NCBI GenBank assembly: GCA_964016885.1
Contig: OZ024745.1
Coordinates: 104,160,001-104,224,000, forward strand
Reading direction: 5' to 3'
Length of the DNA: 64,000 nucleotides
DNA from: Eledone cirrhosa
Lineage: Eukaryota
This document shows positions 13,219 to 26,405 of this stretch, piece after piece. The notes under the pieces are model-generated. The model was not told the origin of the DNA, did not search any database, and was given only the letters and a program-made list of their open reading frames with translations. The position numbers and the translations under genes are program-made. The stretch's first letter is position 1, and each line of letters starts with the position of its first letter.

Positions 13219-13463
13219 TTAAAATAATGAAATAAAAAAATCAAGTCAATAGAAATATACTTCACTGCTTTACGATCGTTTCTAGGTGATGATAATAAAT
13301 CGTAACTATACTTCGTTATCGATCTATGTAAGGTTAGTTACAAAATATCAGATAAGGAAAATATTTACTTACATGCATATCACCAGCTGTTGTCATATTG
13401 TTTCAGAAGATCCCGTAAAATGATGAAAGCACCAATTCTTTGCTTAAACTTTAATATGTACAC

Positions 13464-13503
<40 letters not shown>

Positions 13504-13579
13504 CTTGACCGAATAGTCTGTCGGGCGCCAATCAGCGCCGCTGGTCACAGCACATCGTGCTGTTTTAGCCATAAGATAA

Positions 13580-13755
13580 CTGTTTCTACGTTAGGCACAA
13601 GGCCAGCAATTATCCAGTGCATTACTGGTACTTTATTTTATCGACCCCGTAAGGATGAAAGGCAAAGTCAACCTCGGCGGGATTTGAACTCAGATCGTAA
13701 AGGGACGTAACTATGCTGGAAAGCATGGCGTCCGACCCTCTACCGATACTGCCAG
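13580..13755 (-). mobile_element. tRNA-derived SINE
   Basis: Reverse complement of the SINE consensus seen elsewhere in the window. Confidence 0.85.
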
Positions 13756-13810
13756 TCGGCTGGCAGACCGATATATATATATATATATTATAATGTAATA
13801 TAGTAATGGC

Positions 13811-13855
13811 TTGTACAGGGCTAGAACTGTTTCATTCGAAGGAAATCATCAGGAA
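13811..13855 (-). ncRNA. Degenerate hammerhead ribozyme motif
   Basis: Minus strand CTGATGA-TTTC(CTTC)GAAT-GAAACAG...CTGTA; stem I is imperfect. Confidence 0.45.
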
Positions 13856-13986
13856 TGAAATAGCTCTAGTCCTGTAGAAGCCATTTCTTTATTAAATGTT
13901 GTATATACTCTACTAATGTATTGAGTACCTTACTTACTCTGGTTAACTTCGATTGAACCCGTGACACACACACAGACACACATATA

Positions 13987-14049
<63 letters not shown>

Positions 14050-14065
14050 CATACACACACACACT

Positions 14066-14097
<32 letters not shown>

Positions 14098-14247
14098 CCT
14101 ATGGGTGTATTAGAATGGGTATTTAAAATGCATAGTACTTAACGCATTCAAACATTAACGGAATGAACACTCATACATGATCACACACACACACACACAC
14201 ACACACATGTCTAAAGGAAGAAATTGAAGATTCAGATTTAACATATA

Positions 14248-14953
14248 CTAGCAGAATGACTCGGCGTTGCTCGGGATTTGCTCTAGGGTTCTTATATATT
14301 TGATATATATTTATCCTTATCAAGCCTCGTGAAATAAATACGTTTGTTTATATTTTGTTATTGTGTATGCAAAAATATCTGTTTTGTTATTGTGTATGCA
14401 AAAATATCTGTAGACGAATATCTATATCAAAATAACATATTAAAGTTTAAGCAAAGAATCGCTGCTTTCGCCTTTAACGGGATCTTCTGAAACTAAAAAA
14501 AATCAATCTGTGAACGCAGATGTTAATATTTCGAAAAACGTTGCAACCGAAGGAAAACAGGAAGACGATTTTTTGGTTCGTGAAGACGTTCCCTGGCATA
14601 AGAATATATATATATATACACACTATATATACATATATACACACACACGCACACTGATCGCGTCATAATGACGTACTGCAGACAGTCAGGCATACAGACA
14701 TATATTATAACGGAGCGACGTTATATCTATGTATCTATCTAAAAAGAGAAAGACTAAGAATTATAGAGAGAGATCGCTAAATCGCCTAATGCAGTCCCTA
14801 GGGCATTGAATATTTGAGATTTATTTTGCTCAAAACACTCACGGGATCATACGTATTACATGCGTAAAGTTTGAAAAACTCGATTGGGTGGTTCTCGAGT
14901 TTTAGTGATTGGACAAACAGACAAACAGACATTCTCTGTTTTAGTAATATAGA
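14248..14953 (-). mobile_element. Non-autonomous Helitron
   Basis: Minus-strand 5' A|TC at 14953; 3' hairpin cccgagcaacgccgag followed by CTAG|T at 14248. Confidence 0.75.
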
Positions 14954-14959
14954 TTTGTA

Positions 14960-15640
14960 ATCATGCGTAACACGGGTTTCGCAAATGACCGACTGGGAGC
15001 TTTAATCGGTTACAATCATATCAAATGTAGGATTGATTTGCTCATGAATCTCCCCAAGAAAGGCAATCTTGAACAATGCTCAAACAATAGTACTACAATC
15101 CTCATCAGTCATGCTAATAAAGTCACGCTTAAAGTGATTTTGAACTGATTAAGCCAAGTGGAATAAATCATCGCGGAACAACAAGCTTGATTTCACAAGG
15201 GAAGAAACACCATAGAACAGATGTTCAATCTCCAGATTCTGTATGAGAAATACAGTTAACACCAGCAAGGGATATATCACAACTTCGTAGATGTCAAAAA
15301 GCAATCTTCAGGTACTATGGGTCGCATGAGGTACTATGGGTCACATGAGGTGCTATGGGTCACGATGAAGAAATACATGAGCAAGAAGCAGCCAGCTGTA
15401 CGAGAAAGCAACAAGAGCGTTTTCACCTGTTTAGCAAACCGCCGAGGTGAAGTGATGATTAACAGGATGGATACAAGAATCATTGTTAATTGACATGTGC
15501 TTGAGACAGTTGACCACTTTAAATACCTAGGATCAAAGCAAGAAATTCTCTGAAGAGTTAATCAACTAAACTTCATCCACATTAGCAAGATTATGACCAA
15601 TATGGCGAGATAAATTTGCCTGTATGAAATAACTTTAAAT
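14960..15640 (+). mobile_element. Degraded RTE-like RT fragment
   Basis: PKKGNLEQCSN..TI.LISHANKV.LKVILN, EQQA.F.KGRNTIEQMFNL, FVD.KKA and FKYLGS-like segments. Confidence 0.75.
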
Positions 15641-16388
15641 ACATCTTCAATCGTTTCTTAGATTTCATGTGTTTTTACGTACTAGTTATGGAGAAATATA
15701 TGAAATATACCGAACCTCCAGTCAAATATCAACAAGGGTGTAGCTGAGATGGCACCGACATGTAATATATATCTCCGAGCTACTGGTGTTTGTACGACGG
15801 ACGATTTCTGTATATAAGCTTTTCTTGGCTGGTGACTGAAAAAATCTTCAGGGAGGTAAGGATGAGAAGAGATCTTCAGGGCCGTAATAAGTTGGCTGTA
15901 TATGATCCAAGTAGAGATCCCTGACTAGAGAATGTGATTCTCAATCCAGCCAAGAAAGGGTTTTGAAATGCGACCTAAAAATCGTCTTGCTCGGTTTCTG
16001 GACAAAGGGACAGGACACTCCTTCCATTCATAAAAAAACAACAAAAACTAGGAACAATATACTATTCAGTATTTAGAATATCTGGAAAATTCTTCACACA
16101 CACACACACACACACCACCACCACCACCACCGCCACCGCCACCACCGCCACCGCCACCGCCACCACCACCACCGCCACCAATCCATCCACCCACCCATCC
16201 ATACACACCACCCACATGTCAGAGATATAAAGGCAAAAAAGTAGATAATATACACTGAATTATAAGAACACATATATACATTAAAATTGATCTGTAAACT
16301 CAAATCACAGACACACACACATGTATGTATGTATGTATGTATGTATGTATGTATGTATGTATGTATATATATATTTCTTTTTTTTTTT

Positions 16389-16424
<36 letters not shown>

Positions 16425-16605
16425 TTATTTTATTTTATTTTATTTTATTTTATTTTTTATTTTATTTTATTTTATTTTATTTATTTATTTTATTTTTTTA
16501 TTCTCGTGCAATGGCCATACTCGATAACGAGGGGGCAGCCATCATCATGTATGTATGTATGTATGTATGTATGTATGTATGTATGTATGTATGTATGTAT
16601 GTATG

Positions 16606-19600
16606 TTCTTCTGGTTTTATAATTTCACAAAGTTTTACCAATAGAGAGAGAGTGGGTTTCTAACATAGACACAAGACTCTCTCATTGGAATTTACACATC
16701 ATCAACTAGGTAGATTATGTATGCATGCATGTGTAGATATGGATATTATTGTATGTGTGGATGTGTATGTTTTGAGTTGTATGTGTGCATGTGTATATGC
16801 TTTGTATCTGTAATGTGTATATGCAGTTATTAGATGCAAAATTTTTGGAATGTTTTACATATTTTTACTGTTCCATTAATGGATTGTACTTGTAGTTTCC
16901 TAACTGGTTGTTTTCTATATGTTCCTGTGAAGCCTAGCTTCTCAAGATTTGTATTGAGGCAGTTACTAACATATCCCAGTGCCCCAATAATCACAGGCAT
17001 AAATCTGAAGGTGTAATCAGGGTGGAGTATCTGTAGATTTCTCATCAGTTCTGCATAAATATTCTCCTTTTCACTAATCTTTGATATTATATTGGCATCT
17101 GCTGGGCAGCTAATTTCCACTACTGTGCATGTTTTCTTCTCCCTGTCCCATATCATAATATCTGGTCTGTTATGCCTGCATTTTATTGGGGTTTTTACTG
17201 GAACATTCCACCAGTACTCTTTCATATTATGTACATGGATGTCTTCCACATTGTTGTAGCTTTTAATGTGTTTATTATCGGGGCTATCTTCTTACGAACT
17301 GCATTGTACAGTGTTTGGGCTACTACATCATGCCTCATAGGTAGATAGTACCGCGATGACATCTTTGGGCAGCTGCTGATGACATGGGTGATATCCTCGA
17401 TGTTAGTTCTGCAGAGTCTGCACTTGTTATCACATCTAGGTGTTTTGCCTGCATCGCTATCTCTTTTGTGAATCAGGTATTTCGTGCTAATCTCCTGTTC
17501 TTAGATTGCAAAAGCGTATCCTTCAAAGTGGGAGCCAATATAGCGGTTGTTGGTCCAAGATAGACTACTTTCCTTATCTATATTACTCTCACTCTGGAGC
17601 TTCCTGGCAACATATCCATGCATGACTTTTTGCTGATAGGCATGCAGCTTTTCATCCATAGATTCACTGCGATACTGCTGAGTGACATCCCTGGGTGTGA
17701 GTTTTTGATTATCACACAGGGAATATCTCTCAAGGAGTTCCTTCCCAACTCTCATGATCTTATCTGTTTCATGCAGATAGACTTGCTCGAGAAGCGGGCT
17801 CCTACGCTTCGAGGTTCGTAGATGTTGTCGGAGAGATATGATGCGACATTCAAATGTTGTCTGGACTGATGTTAGGCCTCTGTCTCCCTGCTTACGTTTC
17901 AAGTAAAGGCGGTCTATGTTACTCTTGATGTGGAAGTTTCCGGTGTTGTTCAGTATTTTTCAAGTTCCAACATCAGCTGCTCGGATTTCGTCTATCGTCC
18001 AATTGAGTATTCCAAACGTTGGTGTTAGGACAGGCACAGCAAACACATTGTGAGCCACTGTTTTGTTTTGCGCAGAGAGTTCCAATGACCAGATCTTTCT
18101 TAATAGGGTGTAGTATTCCCTGGTTACGCGTTCTTTATTACAGATACCATTATAGGATATGTTCTCATCTATCCCCAGGTATCTGTAGCAGTCCTCATCA
18201 GATATCGGTGAAACAGTTAGACCATTGATGACAATGTTGCTAGATTGGGTTGTTGTTTTTCCCCGCTTTACAGTCATGTATGAGCATTTATCTTGGCCAA
18301 ACTCCATTCCTATATCCTTTGAGAACGTTGTAACCAGGTCAAGATTTTTCTTCATCCCATCCATGTTCTTGACATAGAGTTTCAGATCGTCCACAAAGAA
18401 GTTATGGGTTAGGTTCGTATTTCTGTCCTCCTGTGAACCAATGATATATCCCTCACATTTCTTGAGCAGAAAGGACAAGGGGTTTAATGACAAGATGAAC
18501 AATATCACAGAGAGACTGTCCCCCTGAAATATACCCCTGCAATATTTTATTTTATCAGTGAAAATAGAGTCCTCCCTCTCTGTCTTTAACCTTAGGATAG
18601 TAGCCCAAGAAGAAGACATCTTATCTATGGCTCTGACAATAATGTCTGTGACTTTAGCAAGTTGGAGGGCCTCTATCATCGAAGAGTGGGGAACAGAATC
18701 GAAAGCTTTCTTGTAGTCCAGCCAGACTGTAGCCATATTCCTCCTAAGTTGTCGCACCTCCGACATCGCAGTTTTGTTGATTAGGAGTTATTCAGCACAT
18801 CCCCAAACCCTTTTCTTTCCAGCTGCTTGTTCATCTGTGATGATGTTATTATTTTCACAGTGATCTTGGAGGAATAGGTTGAGGCAGGCTGTATACATCT
18901 TATACATCAGGTTCTGGCATGCAATGGGTCGGTAGTTTTTTGCCAAGTGGGTGTCTTTGTTCTTGGGGACCAGTAACGTTTGTGCTAATGTCAACCATTC
19001 TGGTATAAGTGTATCTCCCTTAAGAACTTGTTGGTAGAGGTCAGTAAGATACCTCCGATAGAATATTAGTTTTTTTGTACCAGTAGCCGACAATCATGTC
19101 TCTTCCTGGTGTTTTCTTATCTTGGAGTTTTCCTATCACAGTCTCAAGGGTACCCTCACTTATTTCGTATGTTTTTGTTGTAGTGTAGGAGCAATAGTTC
19201 TTTCGGATTTCTCTTAGCCACAGTGCATCTTGGTTGAAATTTTTCTTTTCACCCCATATTTTTCTCCAAAAGGAATCTATGTCTTTCCGGGATGGGGCCT
19301 CAGTGACACTTATTATTTTGCCCTTCATATCTCTATAGACTGATGTTTGGTTTCGTCTGAATCTTTTATTAAGCATTTTTCTCTCAGCTACCTTCTTCAG
19401 GTATCGGCGTTTTTCGCTAACAGCTCTCAATTCTTGTTTGAGGGTGATCAGCTTATATTGGAGAGTTCTGGTTCTACTGTTACCAAACATCGTCTCTATT
19501 TTATTTTTCACTCTTTGTTGGTGAGGAGTGAGGTTTTTTTTGTGTTTGTTTGCATGTAAGGAGCATTGTCACATATCCTATGGTTTTTCGTAGGTCAGCA

Positions 19601-19795
19601 CTCTTTTTTTCTAATTTAGTTATATATGATGGTATTTTTGGTGGTGTTTTGTTCTTGTTAATATCTCTGCTATCACCAAGATAATGCTTCACTGTCATTG
19701 CTAAGGCATATAAACAGGCGTTGATTTGCCAAAATGTTGGGGTTTTTATCCGTCGTAAATATTCATCCCCTATTTCATCAATAACACGTAGTATT
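16606..19795 (-). mobile_element. Largely complete R4/Dong-like non-LTR retrotransposon (RT + CCHC + restriction-like endonuclease), with stops and frameshifts
   Basis: NYRPIAC, WLDYKKAFDSVPH, GIFQGDSLS, FVDDLKLY, YRYLG, then RHD and NRPDIMIWD..VEISCP. The 3' end abuts (CATA)n; the 5' part is cut by an RTE-derived element. Confidence 0.93.
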
Positions 19796-21961
19796 TCTAG
19801 GAGAAGGAAAACTCTGATATAACACCTGCAACCCTGATGGTATCCAATGATGTTGACTTGTTCTTCTTTTTGGTAAATATTATCTTGGTTAAAAGAGTGG
19901 GACTGGCTTTGTGCAGTGCCTTTGCTCACTATAAAAGCTTCACGGCACAGGCATTGCTTTATATCTGGAGATCTCTGATCTCTCTGCACTTGTCGTCACA
20001 TGGTACCATGGGCCCAGCACTATGTGTCAATAATTGTCACAGGTGTAGTGTTTGTACCAGAGTTTTCAAGTCGCTGGCTGGACTAAAAAGTCACACTCGT
20101 TCAGCGCATTGGTAGGGGTTCTCCTACATGGATATAAAGTAGTGGCCGTACTCGAAAACGAGTTGGCAGCCACCACCATGTATGTATGTATGTATGTATG
20201 TATGTATGTATGTATGTATGTATGTATGTCCTGTATTTCATCCCACAGGGTGTTCAAAGATCAACCTCCTCACCAAGTAAACTTGGTAAAATTGCCGGTT
20301 TAGTCGCCGACGACCCGACCATGAGACAGGTTGTAACTGGAAAACTCTGAAAAAAAAACCTGCGGCTTCGGAAGCATCCGATGATGTTGACCAGTTCTCC
20401 TTTTCGGGTGGTGTTTTCGATGCTTAGACAGTGGGATTGGTCGAGTGCAACGCCTTCCCGAACTTGAAAAAACTTCAAAGCACAGGCATTGCTTGTTCAG
20501 GATATGTTACAGGTTCGTGTGGCTGGCCGTAGCCTAAAAGTGCATCAAACTCTATAATATGATAAGCGATTTCAATACTCTTAGCAGAGTTTGCAGCCAT
20601 CATGTATGTATGTATGTATGTATGTATGTATGTATGTATGTATGTATGTATGTATGTATGTATGTATGTATGTATGTATGTGTTACTGGTAACATGTATC
20701 CCAGTACAACCTCTCTCATGGTCGGGTCGTTGGCGACTAAACTGGCAACCCCACCAAGGTTTCTTGGTGAGGAGGGTGACTTTGGACATCCTGCAGGACT
20801 AAAAACAAAACCTGTCAAAGGGCAAAGGAGCTCTTAAGAGTCAATGGCCATCCAAAATCATCGGGAGAGATGACCCCTTTAGCCTTAGTCAAGGCAGAAT
20901 TCTAGGAGAAGGAAAACTCTGATATAACACCTGCAACCCTGATGGTATCCAATGATGTTGACTTGTTCTTCTTTTTGGTAAATATCATCTTGGTTAAGAG
21001 AGTGGGACTGGCTTTGTGCAGTGCCTTTGCTCACTATAAAAGCTTCACGGCACAGGCATTGCTTTATATCTGGAGATCTCTCTGCACTTGTCCTCACATG
21101 GGCCCAGCACTATGTGTCAATAGTTGTCCTACCATGGGCCTAGCACTATGTGTCAATAATTGTCACAGGTGTAGTGTTTGTACCAGAGGTTTCAAGTCGC
21201 TGGCTGGACTAAAAAGTCACACTCGTTCAGCGCTTCGGTAGGGGTTATCCTACATGGATGTAAAGTAGTGGCCGTACTCGAAAACGAGTTGGCAGCCACC
21301 ATGTATGTATGTATGTATCTTGGTGCTACTGGTAACATGTATCCCAGTACAAACTGTCTCATGGTCGGGTCGTTGGCGACTAAACTGGCAACCCCACCAA
21401 GGTTTCTTGGTGAGGAGGGTGACTTTGGACATCCTGCAGGACTAAAAACAAAACCTGTCAAAGGGCAAAGGAGCTCTTAAGAGTTAATGGCCATCCAAAA
21501 TCACCGGGAGAGATGACCCCTTAGCCTTTGTCAAGGCAGAATTCTAGGAGAAGGAAAACTCTGATATAACACCTGCAACCCTGATGGCATCCAATGATGT
21601 TGACTTGTTCTTCTTTTTGGTAAATATCATCTTGGTTAAGAGAGTGGGACTGGCTTTGTGCAGTGCCTTTGCTCACTATAAAAGCTTCACGGCACAGGCA
21701 TTGCTTTATATCTGGAGATCTCTCTGCACTTGTCGTCACATGGTACCATGGGCCTAGCACTATGTGTCAATAATTGTCACAAGTGTAGTGTTTGTACCAG
21801 AGTTTTCAAGTCGCTGGCTGGACTAAAAAGTCACACTCGTTCAGCGCATCGGTAAGGGTTCTCCTACATGGATATAAAGTGGTGGCCGTACTCGAAAACG
21901 AGTTGGCAGCCACCATGTATGTATGTATGTATGTATGTATGTATGTATGTATGTATGTATG
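19795..21961 (+). mobile_element. Tandem cluster of short (~630 bp) RTE-derived non-autonomous elements with (ATGT)n tails
   Basis: Copies at 19795-20228 (5'-truncated), 20681-21318 and 21319-21961, plus related partial pieces at 20272-20680. Each has the RTE-type 5' motif ctaggagaaggaaaactctga, a C2H2-like remnant CSVCTR.FKSLAGLKSHTRS, a CTCG-AAAA-CGAG stem and an (ATGT)n tail. Confidence 0.8.
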
Positions 21962-22083
21962 TTTTCTCTTTCTCTTAATTTCGAGTATATTTTTTTGACC
22001 GGCCACCTTCCTGGTGGCAAGGTTGTAAAAGAAAAGAAATTGTCATCCCTTGAATCGCAAGAATGTTTTGCATATTTTGAAGG
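21962..22083 (-). mobile_element. Very short 5'-truncated R4-like 3' end inside (TATG)n
   Basis: Near-identical to 5199-5320; microsatellite on both sides. Confidence 0.85.
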
Positions 22084-22696
22084 TATGTATGTATGTATGT
22101 ATGTATGTATGTATGTATGTATGTATGTATGTATGTATGTATGTATGTATGTATGTATGTATGTATGTATGTATGTATGTATGTATCTCTTTCGTCTAGA
22201 ATGAAGTCTAGACGAAAGAGATTGTCGTAAATTCTTTGATACATGTATGTGTGTCTCTGTGTGTTTAAATATATCTATGTGAGATCGCGTGTGCATGCTT
22301 CACAACCCAACGAAAAATATATTGAAATTGAAAGATTAAAATTCTTACCTAGAATATATTTTAATATTTTTCTGAAGAAGTATATCCACTTTTTCATTCC
22401 CACCATTTTATTCTGGAAGACTTATATAAATTTTCTTTAAAAAATTGAATTTTACATAAAACTTCTTTTAAATGACGATTGTATATTAGTTGTGATTCAG
22501 ACAAATCTTATCAATGCGTTCCATATGACGGTATTGTGCATAAATAAAAACAAAAAATATATCAAAACTTCGATTGATATCTTTGTTGTTAAAATACAAT
22601 TTCTGACTTGTATATTAAGCACATAGGGGACAGCTGTCGCTTGATAAAGTTCGTTGCATCTGTATCAGAATGTTTGTGGTTGTATTAATTTCTAAA

Positions 22697-22832
22697 GGTG
22701 GTGGATTGGCAGTATCGGTAGAGGGTCGGACGCCGAGGTTAACTTAACTTTTCATCCTTACAGGGTCGATAAAATAAAGTACCAGTAATACACTGGGATA
22801 ATTGCTGGCCTTGTGCCAAAAGTAGAAACAAT
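22697..22832 (+). mobile_element. tRNA-derived SINE, internally deleted
   Basis: Head joined to core at the cgcc microhomology. Confidence 0.8.
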
Positions 22833-23027
22833 TAATTTCTAATGCTTTCATTTTGATATTGTTGAAATGTGAGATGATTTAATAAAAGATTTCGTTTGAG
22901 ACTGTCGTTGGCTTTTTGTATTCTGACATGGTTTTTTAAAAATATACTCTGATATGGTAATTGTTTTGCACGGTATATAGTGTGTCTCTGACAGTTTAGT
23001 TTAATTTTATTTTGAAATCTCTATATA

Positions 23028-23242
23028 TAGGCTGCCCCTAAAGTTTGGACGCGGAAATGTGGAGTTTATGCATCGGGTTCATGTGAATCTAGCAAAGCGC
23101 ATCGAACTTTGCATCACAATGCTGGAAATCACATTTAAGATGTTATTTATTAATATTTCAATTTAATAAAAATGCTTGTGATTTTTTTTTTTTGTTGAAA
23201 ATAGCCATTTTGCTTATGTATCCAGACTTTAGGGGCACCTTG
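23028..23242. mobile_element. Tc1/mariner-derived MITE
   Basis: Imperfect TIRs (tgcccctaaagtttgga / tccagactttaggggca) with TA flanks. Confidence 0.6.
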
Positions 23243-23449
23243 TATTTTGAATATTTATTTTGAGGAATGAAGCGGCAAATTAGCAGAGACGTTAGACCGT
23301 CAGATTAATGCTTTGCACTATTCGTTCCTGCTCTCTGAGTTCAAATCCTGCCGATGTCATCTTTGCCTTTCATCCTTTCGAGGTCGATTCTACTAACTCC
23401 CTCTTGAACTGTTGTAGTTAACCGGCTGCTGAGAAGCCCCCCCCCCCCC

Positions 23450-24560
23450 AAAAAAAAATCAGAATGAGAGAAGCACTATCAGGGTTGTTGACATTTAGGG
23501 AGGATGGATGGAAGGAAGGGAATGGCTGGTTAGTGCGAGGATGAGGTTTGTGAGGTGAGGTTTGTGGCGGACACAATACCTGTGAGGAGAAGAAGAGAGA
23601 CGAATGAGTCAGGCATGCTTCATTGAGGGTAGCAAGGGAGACCATCCAAATCCTAAGAGCAACTATAGTAACAACAGGAAGAGTGAAGCGGAGAGACAGC
23701 ATATCTGCGGACGACAGACTGGAGTATGTTAGTGAACAAACTGGGGGTCAGAGGCTACATTTCCGTTGTTAGCATCCTGTCATAGTAAATAACAAATCAA
23801 CGTCTTGATAGTTAACAGATTCAACTGAAATTTATTGTCGAACAGAAGTATACAATAATGAAAGTATTAGAAATTAGCATTGTCATTGAATAGCTTATTT
23901 TGGGATACAAAGCCTTTTTTGCAATGTTGGATGTGTAAAAATGTCATGATAAATCGTTTGGAATTTCGAGATCTAATATTTGTATTAACTTTGTTGTGTT
24001 TAGTTGTGTGATCTTTATGCGGAGAGAGAATATAGTGCAAAGCTGTTTCTTTGAAGAGCGATTATAGTTTTGTAATGTTGATGTAACTAAATTCACGTGG
24101 CCCCATTGGAGAATGTTTTCGATGTTTCTCTTCATGGAGGCAGTAAGGTCCCTAAGTAATATGTGAATGACGCTTGTGTGCAGAAGTTTCAAGAAGAATG
24201 AAGAGCAGTATCATCTGTGTTGGATTGTGTTGTTTGATGTAACAAGTAAGTCCTTAACGTACATAACGACAAATGATTGTCCGCAGCAATGACAGAGTAT
24301 GGGGTGGATGAGAGGCCTCCGTCGGTGTCAGCTAAAATGGAGTGGTTTAATAGGATATTTCCCATAAAAAATATGTAACAGGTGAAGCTCATAGTCGGGC
24401 AGCTTAGTTATGAAGCTGATATACTAGACAGAGTTGAAGGTTTTACAGATGTCAAGGCCATAATATTGCTTTCGCTGAAGTTCTCAAGGGTAAGAGATAC
24501 TAGTATCCTGATGAAGAAGAGCAAATTTCCAGTTGACATAGATAGCTCTATAATTATTTG
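23450..24560 (-). mobile_element. Highly degraded CR1/L2/Jockey-group LINE RT relic
   Basis: Near 24420-24475 the minus strand reads, with one frameshift, ESNIMALDICKTFNSV, which resembles the ALDISKAFD.V RT motif. Confidence 0.45.
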
Positions 24561-24594
24561 TTGTCAATGATATATGAATGATATATTTATTTTT

Positions 24595-24700
24595 ACTAAG
24601 TGAATAAATGTATATCTTTTTAGTGAATAAATGTGTATATTTTTAGTGAATAAATTTGTATCTTTTTAGTAAATAAATGTGTATCTTTTTAGTGAATAAA
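24595..24700. repeat. 22-23 bp tandem repeat
   Basis: Unit ttttagtgaataaatgtgtatc, 4-5 copies. Confidence 0.85.
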
Positions 24701-25079
24701 AAGAATTGATGTGAAGAAAAAAATACTTAAAATCATAAGTCAACTTCTTGTGTGTAAGTATCATTAATATAGATTGAATAATTTTTCAAATAGCCAATAA
24801 TGTGGTTGATCAATAACAAATATATGTTGCCCGGTGATAATATAAGTCGATTCTGAAACTAATCTAATGATCTAATTTCTTATGAAATATCGAATGAGTA
24901 TGTGTTATTGTTATTAAACCATATTGTTTCATCAATACAGTAAATGATGGCTGTATAGATCCTGAATCAAACATGAAAACCTGAAAATAGATGGTTCATT
25001 AGTCGTGGGTCGTGAGTTGAGAACATTAGAAATAAGCATTGATTTCTATCATTGTACAACAATATGCATTATTCAATCG

Positions 25080-25280
25080 ATAGAGCCTCGGACAACATGC
25101 TTTATATCACAGAGTTACGGTCTTTTACATTCTGAGTTCAAATCTCACCGAAGTTAGCTTTACCTTTCATCCTTACGGGATCGATAAAATGAGGCCACAG
25201 TTACGTACTGCGGTCGATTTAATGTCGAATTTTCCCTTCCCTTCAAATTACTGGCCTTGTGCCCCAAATGTAGAAGCAAT
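25080..25280 (+). mobile_element. tRNA-derived SINE, diverged
   Basis: gagttcaaat box and cctttcatccttacggga core. Confidence 0.75.
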
Positions 25281-25737
25281 TATTCATCTGTATGCACATG
25301 TGTACTGGAATATGTGTGTTGGTGGTGTGTGCGGGCATGTGAACATACGCGTGCATGCATCAGAAAGTACAGGATTTTAGGGTTATGTGTGTGCAGAAGT
25401 AGATGTGTGTTGGGTGATATATATATGGATGTTGTAAAATTGGGTGTGTATTGTGGTGGCTGGAGTTGTGTGTGTATGTGCGTGTGTTTGTATGTGAGTG
25501 CAAATATAAAGGGAAGTTATAGGAACTGTGACGGGGAGTTCATTCTGTGACGGGGAGTCCATTCGAGAAAGTAATTCGAATGCGAAAAATTAAGTTATAT
25601 GTATGTGTGTATGTATGTATGTACATACATATGTACATGTGTATATGTATGTATGTACGTATATATGTACATGTGTATATGTATATGTGTATATACATGG
25701 TTGCATGTGTATGTATATGCGCGGGGACATAGAAATA

Positions 25738-26405
25738 GTCGGGCTGGACACCCGATCGCGCGGTTAAACCACTGGGAGTGAAGGACCCCTAGCCTTTGTC
25801 AGGGCATTCTTCTAGGAGAAGGCAACTCAGGAAACTGGGATAAGTTTGACATAAAACCTGCGGCTCAGTAGTTACCGATGGTGTTGATATTTTCTTCTTT
25901 TCGGGTTATAGCTACTGTCGCTCAGAGAGTGGGATTGGCTCAGTGCACAGTCTTTCCTCACTTTAAAACATATCTTCACGCACAGGCATTGCACGATAGA
26001 ATTAGTTATGTGTGCATGTGTATATGCTTTGTATCTGTACATGTGTATATGCAGTTATTAGATGCAACATTTTTGGAATGTTTTACATATTTTTACTGTT
26101 CCATTAATGGATTGTACTTGTAATTTCCTAACTAGATGTATGTATGTATGTATGTATGTATGTATGTATGTATGTATGTATGTATGTATGTATGTATGTA
26201 TGTATGTATGATGTTGATCTTTTCTTCTTTTCTGGTTATAGCTACTGTCGCTCAGAGAGTGAGATTGGCTCAGTGCACAGTCTTTCCTCACTTTAAAAAA
26301 TATCTTCACGCACAGGCATTGCACGATAGAATTAATTAATAATGGTATATCGTGCAATGGCCATACTCGATAACGAGGTTGCAGCCATCATGTATGTATG
26401 TATGT
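25738..26405 (+). mobile_element. Second RTE-derived short element family, interleaved with an R4 3' piece
   Basis: ctaggagaagg motif, gagtgggattggc...gcacaggcattgc block and CTCG-ATAA-CGAG..gcagccatc(ATGT)n end. R4 sequence lies at about 26004-26135. Confidence 0.7.
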
